A stretch of 64,000 nt of DNA from Eledone cirrhosa (lineage: Eukaryota): positions 19,840,001 to 19,904,000 of the forward strand of contig OZ024743.1 of NCBI GenBank assembly GCA_964016885.1, given 5' to 3'. This document shows positions 39,625 through 53,639 of the stretch, piece after piece (position 1 is the stretch's first letter; each line of letters opens with the position of its first letter). The notes beneath the pieces were generated by a model. That model was not told where the DNA came from and searched no databases. It was given only the letters and a program-made list of their open reading frames with translations. A program made the position numbers and the translations under genes.

Positions 39625-42350
39625 AAACTGAAAAGGAACTGGTAGCTAAAATAGAAGAGGCACTTAGGAATGGCAGTACAGCTGAAGTGCTAGCGGCGAG
39701 AACGGCACTAGACCAGTTCTTCAACGTGAAACACGAAGGTTGTATTTTCAGAAGTAGAACACGTGCTCTAAGAAACGAGGGAGCCAAAGCTGTTAGCTGG
39801 GCCCGAGTGGCAGAGGCGAACAGTGGCAACAAATCCATAATTCGGTCTTTGTAAGACATGATGGACGCATTATACTTGAATCCAAGCAGATGTGCACGGC
39901 CTTCCAGCAGCATTTTGCACAACTGTTCGGGCAAAGCGATACATCGAGCGAGGTGATGGACTTCAGCTCCTACCTCGACGGCGTACCGAGACTCTCGAGC
40001 ACGGATGCAGAGAGCTGCGAAAGACCGATCACAGCGGGCGAAATAGAAGTTGCCTTAGGCCGCTGTGGGAAACACAAATCACCCGGTTTAGATGGTCTAC
40101 TTTATGAGTTTACATAGGCATGCTAGACTTGTTCTCTGGTGGCCTCGAAGCGGTCTGCTGCAACTGGCAGCAAAAGGGGAGGATTCCCAGTTCTGTAGGC
40201 AGAGGCGTAGTAACCCTGATCAGGAAAGATAAGAACAAGGGGGTGAAATAAGCAATTTCAAGCCCATAACTCTGCTCAACACAGAGTTAAAGATTTTGGC
40301 CAAGCTGTTAACAGCAAGGCTGGCGCTTTTAGTCGAAAATTTGGTAGGGGAAGCCCAAACGTGTGCATTCCCGACCAGGTTCATACACGACAACCTCCAT
40401 CTCATGCGATACATCAATAGAAATGGTAGGGTATAAACCTGGCTTCGTTGGGGCTCTGATCAATTTAGATCAGTCTAAGGCATTTGATAGGGTCGACCAT
40501 CAATACTTGGAATCAGTTCTCAAGGCGGCCAGCTTCGGTCCCGTCTTCAGAGGCTGGATCGATGCCATGCACACCAGCATCTGCTCGACAGTCAAGGTGA
40601 ATGGCTAGCTATCAGAGCCATTCCAAATCATGCGTTCCATCCGTCAGGGATGCCCTCTCTCCTCCATTATGTATGTACTGACACTTGAGCCGTTACTGCG
40701 GAAGTCGGAGCTGTTGCAGGGCATCCCGATCGAACCAGGACTACTGCGGAAAGCAGCGTCGGCCTATGCCGACGACATAACCGTAATGCTGTCGAAAACC
40801 TCGGAAATCGGGGTAATCGGCAACCTATTACAGGAATACGAAACGTTGACAGGAGCAAGATTAAACTCAAACAAGTCTGTCGGTTTGCAACTCGGCACAT
40901 GGAGAGGCAAACCCATGCCTTCCGACAGTGTCGTTGGACGCTGGAAGGACCGGTGAAATTGCTCGGGGTCTGGTTTGGTCCAGACCTCCAGGAGGACAAG
41001 AACTGGAGCGAGGTCACGTCGAAGGTGGTTGCACTCACCGGGAAGTGGGCTGAGTGCAAACTCTCCTTGAAAGGTCGAGCGAAGGTGGCGAACATAGTGT
41101 CCGTCATCTACTACCGCTTGACAGTCGTGCCTTGCCCCCGCGAATACCTTACCAAAATGGAACGCCTACTCTTCAAGTTCCTCTGGAAGAAACAGGCTCC
41201 ATTGGTGAGGAGATCCATCTGCTGTCAACACCCTTCTAACGGCATGCCATGGCTGATGATGCGCAAACAAGCGCTGAGGCTACGCCATCTCCAGGTATTC
41301 CTGACCGGTGAACCGGTGTGGCTGTCGTTTGTGAGACAAGCTCTTCCACAACTCGTCTCACTAACAGAGCTGCAGTCCTGGATCAAACGAAGACTGAAAA
41401 TGGGTGCCTGGCACCTCGAGTGCCTACAGGCGCTCACAGCCCTCTACCAAACGAAAACGGCAATCAGCGGAGACTCCCCTTCGACATTCTATAGGGGATT
41501 AGTGGAGGATAAGTGCGACGACGTTCTCGGGGAAACTCTAGGCGTCGGGAAGGACGAACTGACCAGTCTGTTCGGGAGGAATTTCCGTCCAGGGCCTATG
41601 GATAACTTCCAGAGGTCACTGGCCTGGCAGTGCTACCGAGGAGCTCTAGCAGTTCGAGACAAAATCTACCGGCACGGACGCTCTGGCAGAGATCCTGCCA
41701 AAAGGACCTGTCCAAGATGCGAGCAGGACATCGAAACCGTTCTGCACGCAATTGTTCAGTGCCCAGGAGTGACCGACCTGTGGAATTATGTCGAACAGCT
41801 GCTGTCACGTGTGGGACGCATCAAGTTGTCAGCCGAGTTCATCGTGAGGATCACCCCGCCGCTTTCATTTAAGAACGAAGGAGTGGAGTTTTCCTCTGTA
41901 TGGGGGCTATGGCGAAAGAGGTAATATGGTGGACGAGGTTAAAAGGACTGAGGGCAAACACCTTTCTCTCTGGACAACAACTTATCCCCTTCTTTAAGTA
42001 TCACTTCAGAAGGAAGGTGGGAGTGGAGAGAGAGGTGCTACACCCCAGTAAATTCGCTAAAAGGTGGGTGAATGTAGCAAAAATGGCCCGAGTGAATGGG
42101 CCTTCTCTGTATATAAACCTGTAGGTTGAGGAAGATAAATAGAGGGAAGACAGGTGTTGAGGGTTGTTCTATCCACGGGGTGTAAAACAACTCTGCAGTA
42201 ACGTTCCCCTCTATTGGGGATTTCAATTGTTATTTTATTATATATAGTTTATTGTTATTTATTAATATTAAAGTTATTTTTATGTAAAACCCCCGCCGTC
42301 ACGTCTTGTAATGTCCCATTTTTGTACGCCCCTGTGGCAAATAAAGAAAG
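39625..42350 (+). mobile_element. 5'-truncated L1-group, Tx1-clade LINE (ORF2 pseudogene)
   Basis: KSPGLDGL, PITLLNTELKILAK, DQSKAFDRVDH, QGCPLS, AYADD, LSLKGRAKV, C-terminal CPRC...ETVLH...C. Several frameshifts and stops; ORF ends ~42124; aataaa near 42340. Confidence 0.92.
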
Positions 42351-42639
42351 ATATCTATGTAATCCGCTGAAAGGTACAACTCACCCTGTCTATAATTGTT
42401 TTGTTGCCTCCCAATTTACACTTAAATGAATAGTTTTAACCTTGAAGCGGAGAAACTAGAGTGATTTCTAAATGTTCACTAATGGAAAGGAGCTGTCCGT
42501 CTTTCCGTTGCTCTTTTTCCGTTGTCTCTGACCTTTACGTACCGTCGTTATGGATTTATTTAGCTTTTGTATTCGTTTTGGAAGATGTTTGGTTTGAGAT
42601 TATACTGCCAATAAATACACACACACCGGCGGAGTTTCA

Positions 42640-42860
42640 CTATGAATCAGGTAAGGGCGCTGGATTGGTAGTATCGGAAGAGCGACGGAAAACATGTTTT
42701 GTGACATATAGTTATGGCCCTTTACGTTCTGAATTCAAATCCAGTCAAGGTTAGCTTTGATTTTCATCCTTATGGGTTTAATAAAATAAAGCACCAGTAA
42801 TACACTCGGATCCATTTCATCGAGTTACCCCTTCAAATTGCTGGCTTTATGGCAAATTAT
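42640..42860 (+). mobile_element. SINE (second family)
   Basis: ctttacgttctgaattcaaatcc...ttttcatcct...ataaaataaagcaccagt. Confidence 0.65.
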
Positions 42861-43409
42861 AAACAATTATTAATTGGGTAATTAACCTATCAATCGTTTG
42901 GTTACTCAACCAACTCATTAATGAGACTTTATCGATGACTTTTGCACCTGTGTCTCCTCCTAGTCTACTCCATCAGTCTTGTCTGCTTGTCTGCAGAGTG
43001 AGCTGTACGCATGCGTAAACTCAAGCGCAATTAGGGATATTCTGTGTTTGTTTATGTTTTATTTATTCTTTTGTTCAACAGACTGACAAATATGTTGGAG
43101 AAATGTTGAAGTTCTGAGGAAGACGAGACACAGAAGGTATAGATCATCGAGTAAGTCACAACCTCTGATTAAATGAATTTCACAATTAATTATGTAATTG
43201 GTGAACCAATTACACTGAAGTGAGAATCAGCCTTTTCATGTATTGGCAACACACAGAAATACAACTACACACACACTCACATCTGCGTATAATAATTATT
43301 TCCGTCTTAGGTTCCAGTTACGATGAAGGACATTTCCTTTTCATCCGTTTGTCTCTTAACGATGAAACACAAAGTTTTCCTCCAATTGATTTTACCAAAT
43401 CAACTAACG

Positions 43410-43449
<40 letters not shown>

Positions 43450-43454
43450 TACAT

Positions 43455-43557
43455 AGAGGGTGTCCCCAAAAATACATACACATTTCAACAGCATTCTCAT
43501 AAATATTGCCTGTACAGGTAATCAAAGTGTGTACGCATTTTGGGAGAACATCCTGTA
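43455..43557. mobile_element. Tiny Tc1/mariner-type MITE relic
   Basis: Imperfect TIRs tagagggtgtccccaaaatacatacaca / tgtgtacgcattttgggagaacatcctgta with TA ends. Confidence 0.5.
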
Positions 43558-43744
43558 TATATATATGTATAGGAAAAGGTTTGAGCTCGACGGCAGAGCT
43601 CAAGCCGTTTCCAGAAATAGCCGTCGAAACGGCTTGAGCTCTGCTGTCGGGGTCAAACATTTTCCTATTACCCACTCTACTACCCTAAGTACTGAGTACT
43701 CTGGTGCGTTATGGTCCATCTGGTTCCTTACCACTCTTCCTTCG

Positions 43745-43803
<59 letters not shown>

Positions 43804-43811
43804 TACACACT

Positions 43812-43860
<49 letters not shown>

Positions 43861-43927
43861 GTATATATGTATATATGTCTGTGTGTGTGTGTGTGTGTAT
43901 ATATGTATATATATATATATATATATA

Positions 43928-46619
43928 TGTAGTGACCTACATTTCGCGGGCTCACATACATTCTCTGTGCGTGATTTGGCTCAGTTCAGCCAATCAGCGC
44001 CAGTAGAAGAGGATGTATCCCTACGCGTTCTGAGGGAGAAATAGCAAAGATTTGAGAAATCTAATACTCGCAGCTTGGACCATGCTAAGGTAAACACCAC
44101 TTGTTCTTTTGCTCCGTAAGCACAAATAATATGTAATGACAGCAATTTTACTACGGCCTGGCTAAACGCCTCAGCCAGTCGACCGTATTTTCTCTTGTAA
44201 TCTTAATTGAATTATTTCATTATTCTTGGCATGCCAACTTAATTCACTTCCTAACCTTGGTTAATAAATAATGTAAAAACGAGCTAAAGTCGTTGTCGAT
44301 ATCCCTATCATATCTTTCTACCAAACCTGGTTCCTCGTGGTAACATTACAACTCTCTAAATATCACTCTCAACCAAATTGGTGACCCTCGACGATTATGT
44401 ATGAAAACGCAGCCTATTTGAATTCGCCATTCGTTTTAACGGCAATGTGGAGTGGCTTAACATTTGGAATGTTCGAATCGGGTAGCTAGACTCACTTAGC
44501 GTAAGTCCATAAAATTCATAATATTCCATTTGTTGAAGCACGCGACCTGCACAATATTTCTGTCATAACTTTCATGGTAACACTAGTGACTCACGCATAC
44601 AGACGAACACAAAAATACAACACAAAAGAAAGGGTTTTTTCGACGACTAACAAAAAATTTCTCTTTTGGATTGAAAATTATGCGATGTCTTCTATCCGGT
44701 TGAGGTGGTTTGGTATCTTTCAATTGGTTGATAAAATGAGGACGGTGACCACCGACTAAGAGCAACTTGCCTTGCGAACATAGTTTGATAAAAACAAGCA
44801 AAAAAATAAAAAATAAATGATTTCTCTGGATATAGAATTTTGCTTTCAGCCTTCTGTTAAAATTACAAATGGAGACTCAGAGATTTTGTTTTCCCGCGTT
44901 CAGCTTGTCTTCTTCAATCCCAGCCATATGATTGGCTGCATCGTGTCACATGACGGCTTCTTCACCACGAACACATTTTTCAATCAGCCATCTTGGATTT
45001 TCTTGCGAATAATTTTCATAGAAAATAATTTTTTTTATTATTCAAATTTTCTTTAGAATATTTTTTAAAGAAAAAAATTAGCAGTATTTCAAAAACTTTA
45101 CGCCACGAGGAAATTTCAAAACGGCTACCACCAAGTACCAGCCATCGGCAGCAACACGTGGCTAACTATTAACCAACACCAGGAAACGGCTTGTAACTTT
45201 ACCGACGCAACCACCATACCTTCTGTCTTGTTCCCACAAGGACTCGAGAAATTAAGACATTAGTTTTCTCACCATTATGGCTTCAGACGTGGCTGCCATG
45301 TTGGTGACTATAGGTTCTTCAACGCTAGACTTCGACTCTACAGAAGATTCATTGTGACTTTGCTTTAACAACAACAACTCTACTAGCTTCCTAGTAAGAG
45401 CGATCCCAAAGAAAAAAGAAGTGAACTTTTTGTTAAAGGAAATGATAGAGAGAAATGAATTTTCATATAATACAGTTTAAAAAAAATAAATGTCCAAAAT
45501 AAATGCCTGAAAAAAAAATGAAGAAACAATTCTTTCTTTCTTCATTTTTTTTTCAGGCATTTATTTTGGACATTTATTTTTTTTAAACTGTATTATATGA
45601 AAATTCATTTCTCTCTATCATTGTATATTGACCGCACGCACACATTTTCTTTGCTGTATTACATGGTACTGCAACCCACCTACAGATTCAACTTGCTTTT
45701 TTTTCTTTTCAAAGCAACCAGCCATTTTTTCCTGGCTCCCTAGCACATTCGGCAATACATCTGGGGGGCCAACATTTTCTCGCCTACCCATCATTTTCTA
45801 GCCAGCACTGGTAAACTACCATAATAGCTTCGTCCACAGCTACTGGTACAACACTTACCATTAACATTTAATGCAAGAACAGCAACTTCGCCCATGTCAG
45901 ACTTTATCTGTTTTCTGGTAGACCTTTGGTGGTCACGTATAAACTACAAAACAGCTAGTCATTTGACAGCGGCTCAACACGGCCCGTCGCGCCTCATTTT
46001 TTTTTTCTTGCATGCATCTTTCTGCTCAATTATTTTTTCACTGATGTGTTCTTTCAGCATTTGTTCTTGCTGATTCAATAATCTGTGGATCCTCGGCTTC
46101 ATCGTTAACGATATTCGGCTAAAAATCTGCTCGGAGGTGATATAGTGACCTACATTCCGCGGGCTCACATACATTCTCTGTGCGTGATTTGGCTCAGCTC
46201 AGCCAATCAGCGCCAGTAGAAGAGGATGTATCCCTACGCGTTCTGAGGGAGAAATAGCCCGCAAAAATTTGAGAAATCTAAGACTCGCAGCTTGGACCAT
46301 GCTAAGGTAAACACCACTTGTTCTTTTGCTCCGTAAGCACAAACAATATGTAACGACACAACAATTTTACTACGGCCTGGCTAAACGCATCAGCCAGTCG
46401 ACCGTATTTTCTCTTGTAATCTTAATTGAATTATTTCATTATTCTTGGCATGCCAACTTAATTCACTTCTTAACCTTGGTTAATAAATAATGTAAAAACA
46501 AGCTAAAGTCGTTGTCGATATCCCTATCATATCTTTCTACCAAACCTGGTTCCTCGTGGCAACATTTCCCAACTTCTAAAATATACCTCCACCGAATTGG
46601 TGACAATATACCTACACCA
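43928..46619 (+). mobile_element. Non-autonomous Gypsy-like LTR element with two ~450-bp LTRs
   Basis: LTR1 43928-44375 (TGTAGT...ACCA), followed by PBS-like aattggtgaccc. LTR2 46141-~46594 is highly similar and preceded by purine-rich ggaggtga. Internal 1.76 kb has no intact ORF; inserted in (TA)n. Confidence 0.85.
45441..45622. repeat. Perfect 86-bp inverted repeat with 10-nt spacer
   Basis: 45441-45526 is the reverse complement of 45537-45622, including homopolymer lengths. Confidence 0.95.
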
Positions 46620-47288
46620 AATATATATATATATATAAGATCAAAAGATGGATAAAAGAGTTCCATCTTTTGATCTTATATATTATTTATACTCCAGTCC
46701 CACAAATTTTAGAGTGCCACTTATCCGATATTTGCATTGCTTTATTGTACTACAATAAAACTTACCTCCTACATATATATATATATAAACAAAGTGGCTG
46801 ACTTAGAAAACATTAGGATATTTGGAAACTAGAAACGTGTGTACAAAAGATCATAATAGTAAACAATCACTATAAATAATGGTTGAGGAAATCGAGCAAC
46901 GTGTTCCTGGAAACAGAAAAAGTGAACGCGGGTGCTAGAAAGAAATTAAACCCCGAATAGCTCGAATATTGAGCGTATACATTAACCGCTATGTTAATGA
47001 GCTGCTGACCAGTTCTTGTTTGGTATTTCATTTTATCGACCTTGTATGGCGTAAATACATATTTGACTGCAGCGAGAATTAAGCATACAATGTAAAGAGC
47101 TGTAACTAAATACCCCCACGGCGTTTTGTCCAATACTTAAATGATTTAGCTAATCATAAATGCAAATTAATGTTAGACAGTGATATCGACCATAATCATA
47201 GGCATGAAATATATACATGATTTCTCTGCGAACCAAATGTACTCGTGTTTGGGAGATTTGGAAGGTGTTGGTTAAAATTTGTAACTTA

Positions 47289-47453
47289 CCGTATTTCCCG
47301 GCGCCGAAGACACTTCGTCCTCGAGGACGCACCCTAATTTTGACAACCAAAGATTTGAAAAACAAATAATAAACAACCTCGGCCTGTAAGACGCATGGTA
47401 GATTTTTGATTATTTAAGGAAAAAAGTAGCGCCTTCGGCGCCGGGAAATACGG
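47289..47453. mobile_element. Tc2/pogo-type MITE (165 bp)
   Basis: Perfect TIR ccgtatttcccggcgccgaag / cttcggcgccgggaaatacgg with TA on both flanks. Confidence 0.9.
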
Positions 47454-48229
47454 TACATAGTCACATAACTGTTATAGTATGACATTCTAAGAGAGAAAAT
47501 TATCGTAACTATAAAATGCTGCTATTCAACTTAATTTAGCCTGCAATCTTTTTGAATCTACTGAAATTATTTTGCTTATTCTAATTTCGGGGAGCAAATT
47601 CTTTAGTAACCGAAGTCAGAGAAAGTAAGCAATTTGTATAAATGTATGATTTAAGGTGATTACTATCCACTAGTTGTGCATTCAACGTCAGCCAAACAAA
47701 CAGAAGTTCCGAATGCCAGAATATGTGCTATAAAATAATTGGTATCTCTTTATTAAATCTTTATTTCTGATGAGGTATTTACTTTCTTTGTTGATCATAT
47801 TTATATGCAATGTTTCCAGTCGTTAATATATTTTGTAACAAACCAGCTCATTGTTTTGGTCAAAAGTTGTGATTATTATATTTAAGGCCACGAAATACAC
47901 GTCGTTAATGGTCTCAGCCCGTCAACAGAAATATTCTTTCCTTAACACACATTTTGATTTTTCTAGGTGCCTTTCTCTTCTGTCGTAATACAGGTTTCAT
48001 GCTTAAGTGTTGGCTCCCCTGCCTTCCTCGTAAACGAAATTAAATGAATCTGAATTCGTCACATCTTTCAAAACATGTTTCATAATTTTAGTTCCGTTTT
48101 TCGACATTTTAGCTGCATATAATGATTGATAATTTTGTGTGTATCCACCTTCAAAATCTGACTGGGGTTTAATTAATCGTTTCCATATGACGTAGTGCGC
48201 TACGTTCAGCCTTCAGTAATCAGAAGAAG

Positions 48230-48680
48230 GGAGGTAGGCGTAAAAGCAAAACTCGCTACCATCAATTTGGTATTTGTGCCAACCCATGGGTAACGAGAGA
48301 AATAATACGATCGCAAAAACAAGTGACCGAAATGGGATTCATCTAAAGGGTCTTTGGAGTATCGTTACTCGATAAAGTGCGTGGCTTATAGAGTCACTCT
48401 ACGTAGAGCCGCTACTTCTCCGAATTGACAGATCACAGCTTTGATATTATGAATATGTGGTTAGAATGTCTCAGGAAAGAATCACTGGACAGATTTTACG
48501 AGCCAAATCAACCGGCAGGAAACCCAGGGGTAGACGCCGAGCAAGTTTGTTGGATAATATCCATGGGCGTGGCTGGTCACGCTTGGGGATCCAGCCGCAT
48601 CAGTTGGAGACGGTTGCTTCTGACAGGACCCACTGTAAGGAATAAGTGGACGAAGAAGCTTCCATATCAGTCTCGCATCC
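48230..48680 (+). mobile_element. RTE-group (Expander/Rex3-like) LINE 3' fragment
   Basis: EMGF..RV.GVSLLDKVR...VEPLLLRIDRSQL...VVRMSQERI...GRKPRGRRR...WSRLGI. Confidence 0.75.
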
Positions 48681-50214
48681 AAATTATTTGACCTTGAATA
48701 TCGACATTCGCATGTGACTACACATTCCTGTCAACAGTGCAATATTATTAAAACTTCATAGAAAGCAAACAGCGCCTTAGTAGGTGTAGTTGTACCTAAA
48801 GTTGATATCCTATTACTCGTTAAATTTCTTTCAGACTCTTCCAAATCCCTTCTTTTCGATTCACCTTGTAAATGTTCCTTCTATGATAAATACTTGATTA
48901 GAGCAACCGTTTCATTAATATTACTCATTAAATCAGACAGTAGCTTACATTGAATTGGAGTTTTCGTTTTACCTACACTTGCAGAACATGTTTGATAATG
49001 CGTTGCAAAAATCTTCGGCTGAAGTTTCTTCAGATGCTTCATTATTCCAAATGTGCTGCTTATCTCGTCAAATTATATTCTTTTAAGTGCAGTTACAGTC
49101 TTATGAACTTAGAGTTAAGGATTTTTGTTTGGCAAATAATAAAATCTGATATTTGTCATTAGTCACTCAGCATCTGTCCACCTAATGAAAACAACATCAA
49201 CTATTACTGAACAGAACTCAATTTCTATAATGTTTATACCACAGCTTTGTTTGGTCAAACGTGATGATCAGAATGATATTTCTATCTCAGTGGTATTAGA
49301 TTATAGACGTTATCTTCAATATTTACTTGCATTGATATGATTTATAGGTGAATGAGGTCCAAACACTCTATTATGTATCTACGATTTGTTTGCAAATGAT
49401 TTTTGCAATTTCATCCAGCAATTTTCTAACGTTATTACATTTCGATATCAGCACATCCAATGTAATAGCAACCGATGATATGCATACAGTCGATATTCCT
49501 CAACGCGCTGATGAGATGGTTTTCTAATTACAAAATTCTGCTGTCAAAAACAAAATAATTGTTTACATCTAACGTGCTATAGCTTAGAATTTTGATTATA
49601 TTTTGCATACAAAAAATATGCACAACTGCAAGCTTCGTCATAACAAATGACGTTAAAAGCAGTAAACTAAATTGATTGAAAAGAACGTTTCTTGTTGCCA
49701 AATATCCGCTTGGGAAAATTAAAATTCATCAGTTGATTTCTGTTGGTAAGAGAAAGAAACCTGAGGGTGGATTGGTTAACAGCTTATGTCGGTGTTGATA
49801 GTAAATGAAACTAATATAATTCAATAGAAGTCACTGCACTAGACGTCTCCGAATGTACTTGCCATTGTATATTACGGTTACTTTTAGCAGGCCCATCAAT
49901 GAAGCTATTTGAACTCCACCCATTTGCCTCAAAACACATTAACATCATTTGTTGTTTACTATAGTTGGTATACCTGAAAGTATTTAATAATTTTATTAAA
50001 TAGTTTTTAAACAATATAGCGGCCATTCAACATTTTCCTGGGCAACATTAACCTTGCAAATTAAAGCTTTTAACCTACACTGGTTTATTTTATCATTGAA
50101 AACGTAAGTAAATTGACCTCTAAAAGAGAGCACAATGAGCCCGCATCTTATGCGGTGAGTAGGTTCAAACAGTGAGTAGTCAAGATCCTTATATGAAAGT
50201 ACTTATGTACAACA

Positions 50215-50480
50215 CAGGGCTTAGTGGATAAGATGCTGGGCTCATATTCCGGAGTTTGTTTCCCAGACCCGGTGGCGCGGTGTGCCTTTGTGCAAACTTT
50301 ATTTTAATTTGCTCCAATCCACTGAGCTGGAAGAAATGAGTTACAACGAAAGGGGGTCTTACATGTATTGATGACTGCTGGTCTTGCACAAAAACACTCT
50401 GCCCAGGCTTGTGTCTCAAAGATATAAACCTATGGCCAGTCAAACATAGGTGCAAAACACATGACCAAAAACTCGTGCCT
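50215..50480 (+). mobile_element. tRNA-derived SINE (decayed)
   Basis: ggcttagtgg head, with a core similar to the 29943 copy. Confidence 0.6.
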
Positions 50481-51962
50481 TTCTTCTATGTTGATGTTTT
50501 GTAGGAGGCGTAACCTTGGAATTATTTGAAAGTTTAGCAAACTTAGGAAAAGAATGACAATGAAAACCGATAGGTTTCCCCCTTAGATTAGATGTTGCGG
50601 TTTCATGGGGGAGGTGGTCTTAAGAGTTTTGGCACCGTTTGAATGTTTTAAAAGTATCTCCCAACCATTCAAAACCACACTGTTTAAAGCTCCATATGAT
50701 GCGGCATCACTGTATAGTGAATATAATATGCGTTTGCATTTATTCCATTGAATAGGGTCTTTTGAACCAACATAGCTTAAAGATATTAATCACTATAATT
50801 TGTTAGAATATTTGCAAACCCCACAACAAAATATTGTAGCTGAATCAATCAACATGCTACCCACAAATAAATTTATACAAGTTTTATCTTTGGCCATATG
50901 GTGCAATATAAACAATATGGAATTTTCTATTTATTCACATTACTTACAGATATGCTTTATAAAACAACATTTTCATTCATGAATTAGCAAATACTAGAAA
51001 TGATTACATATTTTTATATACTGTTTTATCTAAGTTTGACAATAAAAACTGAAACCTCACAAAGAACTTCATTCTTGTTTCTTTTGGTATATTTGTATAG
51101 CACCAATTAAATATCAGTGGTGGTACAATATTTCATGTAAAACATTATATAGGTTACACGTGAACTGGCATGTTTCTAAAGTTTTGGCCATAACCACTAT
51201 ATTTCTGCACGTGATATTATCAATTTGTTGCATGAACTCCTTTAAATCAGAGAAACATTATTTTCGTATAAAGAAATAATTTAACCATAAAGATTCATTG
51301 GTATAATAAAATAGATTAATGATCTGTAGTGCAAACTAATTATGTGCTTAGTTTCCAGTAGTTTTCGTAAAACGTGGAAATTGTATGTACTCAAGCAAAA
51401 TAATTTAAGCAATGCGTGTTCAATTATGAAAGTATTAGTGCAGTACACTTTCACTTTCCATAATGTAAGTACTGCGAGTAGCGAATGTTTTAGTATTTCA
51501 CAATTCCTCTCAATGGGTAACTTCCAATAATGACCTAGTGTATAAATATAATTATATAAAACTATGCTGCACGAAATGGAGCGAGAATTCAATAAATATT
51601 TCAAGCAACATTTTAAAATTTCCAGAAATGTTCTTTAGAGATTTCTTATCATTTGCCTAAGAACGTTTTCTCAATATTTCCTCTTTAAATAATGATAATA
51701 TATTTATATGTAATAGTATTGAACAATATCAAACAGTTCAATAATAATATTATTATAACTAAGTACAGGTTTATTCTCGACAGTATTCAGCAACAGAGCC
51801 GAATGTGTAAAATTAATTTGCTTTCTAGTCTTTCCTGTCGTTCACCCGCTGTAGACATATGGCTGAAGTTAAGACACTTTTCCTCTTGTATCAACTGTTA
51901 AAAATAATATGACTCTTCGTTGTACTGTATCATTTCACTCTGATGTTTTCCGTTTTCTTTTC

Positions 51963-52020
<58 letters not shown>

Positions 52021-52027
<7 letters not shown>

Positions 52028-53064
52028 TGGAGGCTTAGTAAAATCAAATATTTGGCTGTGGGCAAGCAAAGTCGACCTACAATATGAATGAGTTAGCAAA
52101 GCACTCAATAAGGGGAGATTCTTAGAGCAATAACATACGTTTAAATACCTTGACAAATTGAACATTGTGGTAGGCAAAACCTAACACACAATACCAAAGT
52201 AACGAAAAAACTAACAGGTTGAAAAGATACACCTGGACAAATCTAACGTTATACGTTTAAAGTGTTTCTATGAGATCCGAAATCAAATATCCGACTTATG
52301 TAACTGGCACGCTCGTGGTATTCCATGATCGAACAGAGGACTCATTTCATCAACAGGGATTTCATTCTGCTAAAGATCGGGCGGACGCTAAATCGTGCTG
52401 CTATGAGCAAGAGAATCGTACATTTAGTTGTCACGTGTTACTTCCAACAAGGGAAGTAACCCCCAGTTTTTGGCGGCTAGATTCAAAGTGTTAGACAAAG
52501 GAAATGTTATAATTTCCGCTAACATTCAGAATAAAAGCTCTCAACCAGATGTTATTAAACAAACACAAATAATTAACCAATCAACAGAATTGTCTAATTA
52601 AATTAATTAGTTAATTATTAAATCTAGGAGAAAATAATATAAGTGGAGGCTTAGTAAAATCAAATATTTGGCTGTGGGCAAGCAAAGTCGACCTACAATA
52701 TGAATGAGTTAGCAAAGCACTCAATAAGGGTAGGTCCTTAGAGTAATAACATACGTTTAAATACCTTGACAAATTGAACATTGTGGTAGGCAAAACCTAA
52801 CACACAATACCAAAGTAACGAAGAAACTAACAGGTTGAAAAGATACACCTGGACAAATCAAACGTTATACGTTTAAAGTGTTTCTAAGAATTCAAAATCA
52901 AATATCCGACTTGCGTAACTGGCACGCTCGTGGTATTCAATGATCGAACAGAGGACTCATTTCATCAACAGGGATTTCCTTCTGCTAAAGATCGGGGTGG
53001 ACGCTAAATGGTGCTGCTATGAGCAAGCGAATCGTATATTTAGTTGTCACGTGTTATTTCCAAC

Positions 53065-53070
<6 letters not shown>
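52021..53070. repeat. Partial tandem repeat with 616-bp period between (TA)n tracts
   Basis: 52021-~52454 is duplicated at 52637-~53070 with few substitutions; non-coding. Confidence 0.92.
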
Positions 53071-53145
<75 letters not shown>

Positions 53146-53639
53146 CGAAGAGAAAGAGAGAGTGGAATGAATACTAAACATACTAAGAGTTAGTATTAAT
53201 TTCCTATTCAACACCAAGTCTAAGTTTATAGTCTTCCCCACTCTTCACTAGTATTTAATAATATTGACTGAAACATATTAAGAAACAAAATCAGTACATA
53301 CATATTTAATGTACATTTAGCATATATGCATTGCGAAAACTGGGTATTCTCACCTAACTAAAGTGATAGTTTTTATTTAGGCACAACCCACTTTACGTAA
53401 GAGGTGGCATGGCTGATTAAATTTGTGACACATTATGGTGCCTATTATATTGACTGAAAGGAAATGAAAGTTATAGTCAGCTCCAGTAAATGTTGAACTC
53501 TAATTTGACAATAGTATGAAAGAAAAAGATTAAGATCAAGGTAATTTTTGCCAGATAAAATACTCGATTAAAGCGATTTCAAATATATTGCATGTATGAA
53601 CCCGTAACCCCAGGTTGGGTTGTATGGGCACTTTAAACC

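Noticed and set aside
43110-43180. CTGAGGA...gtc as a hammerhead (also isolated CTGATGA near 3097, 6880, 28163, 47767, 49508)
   Set aside because: No correctly placed GAAA and stems.
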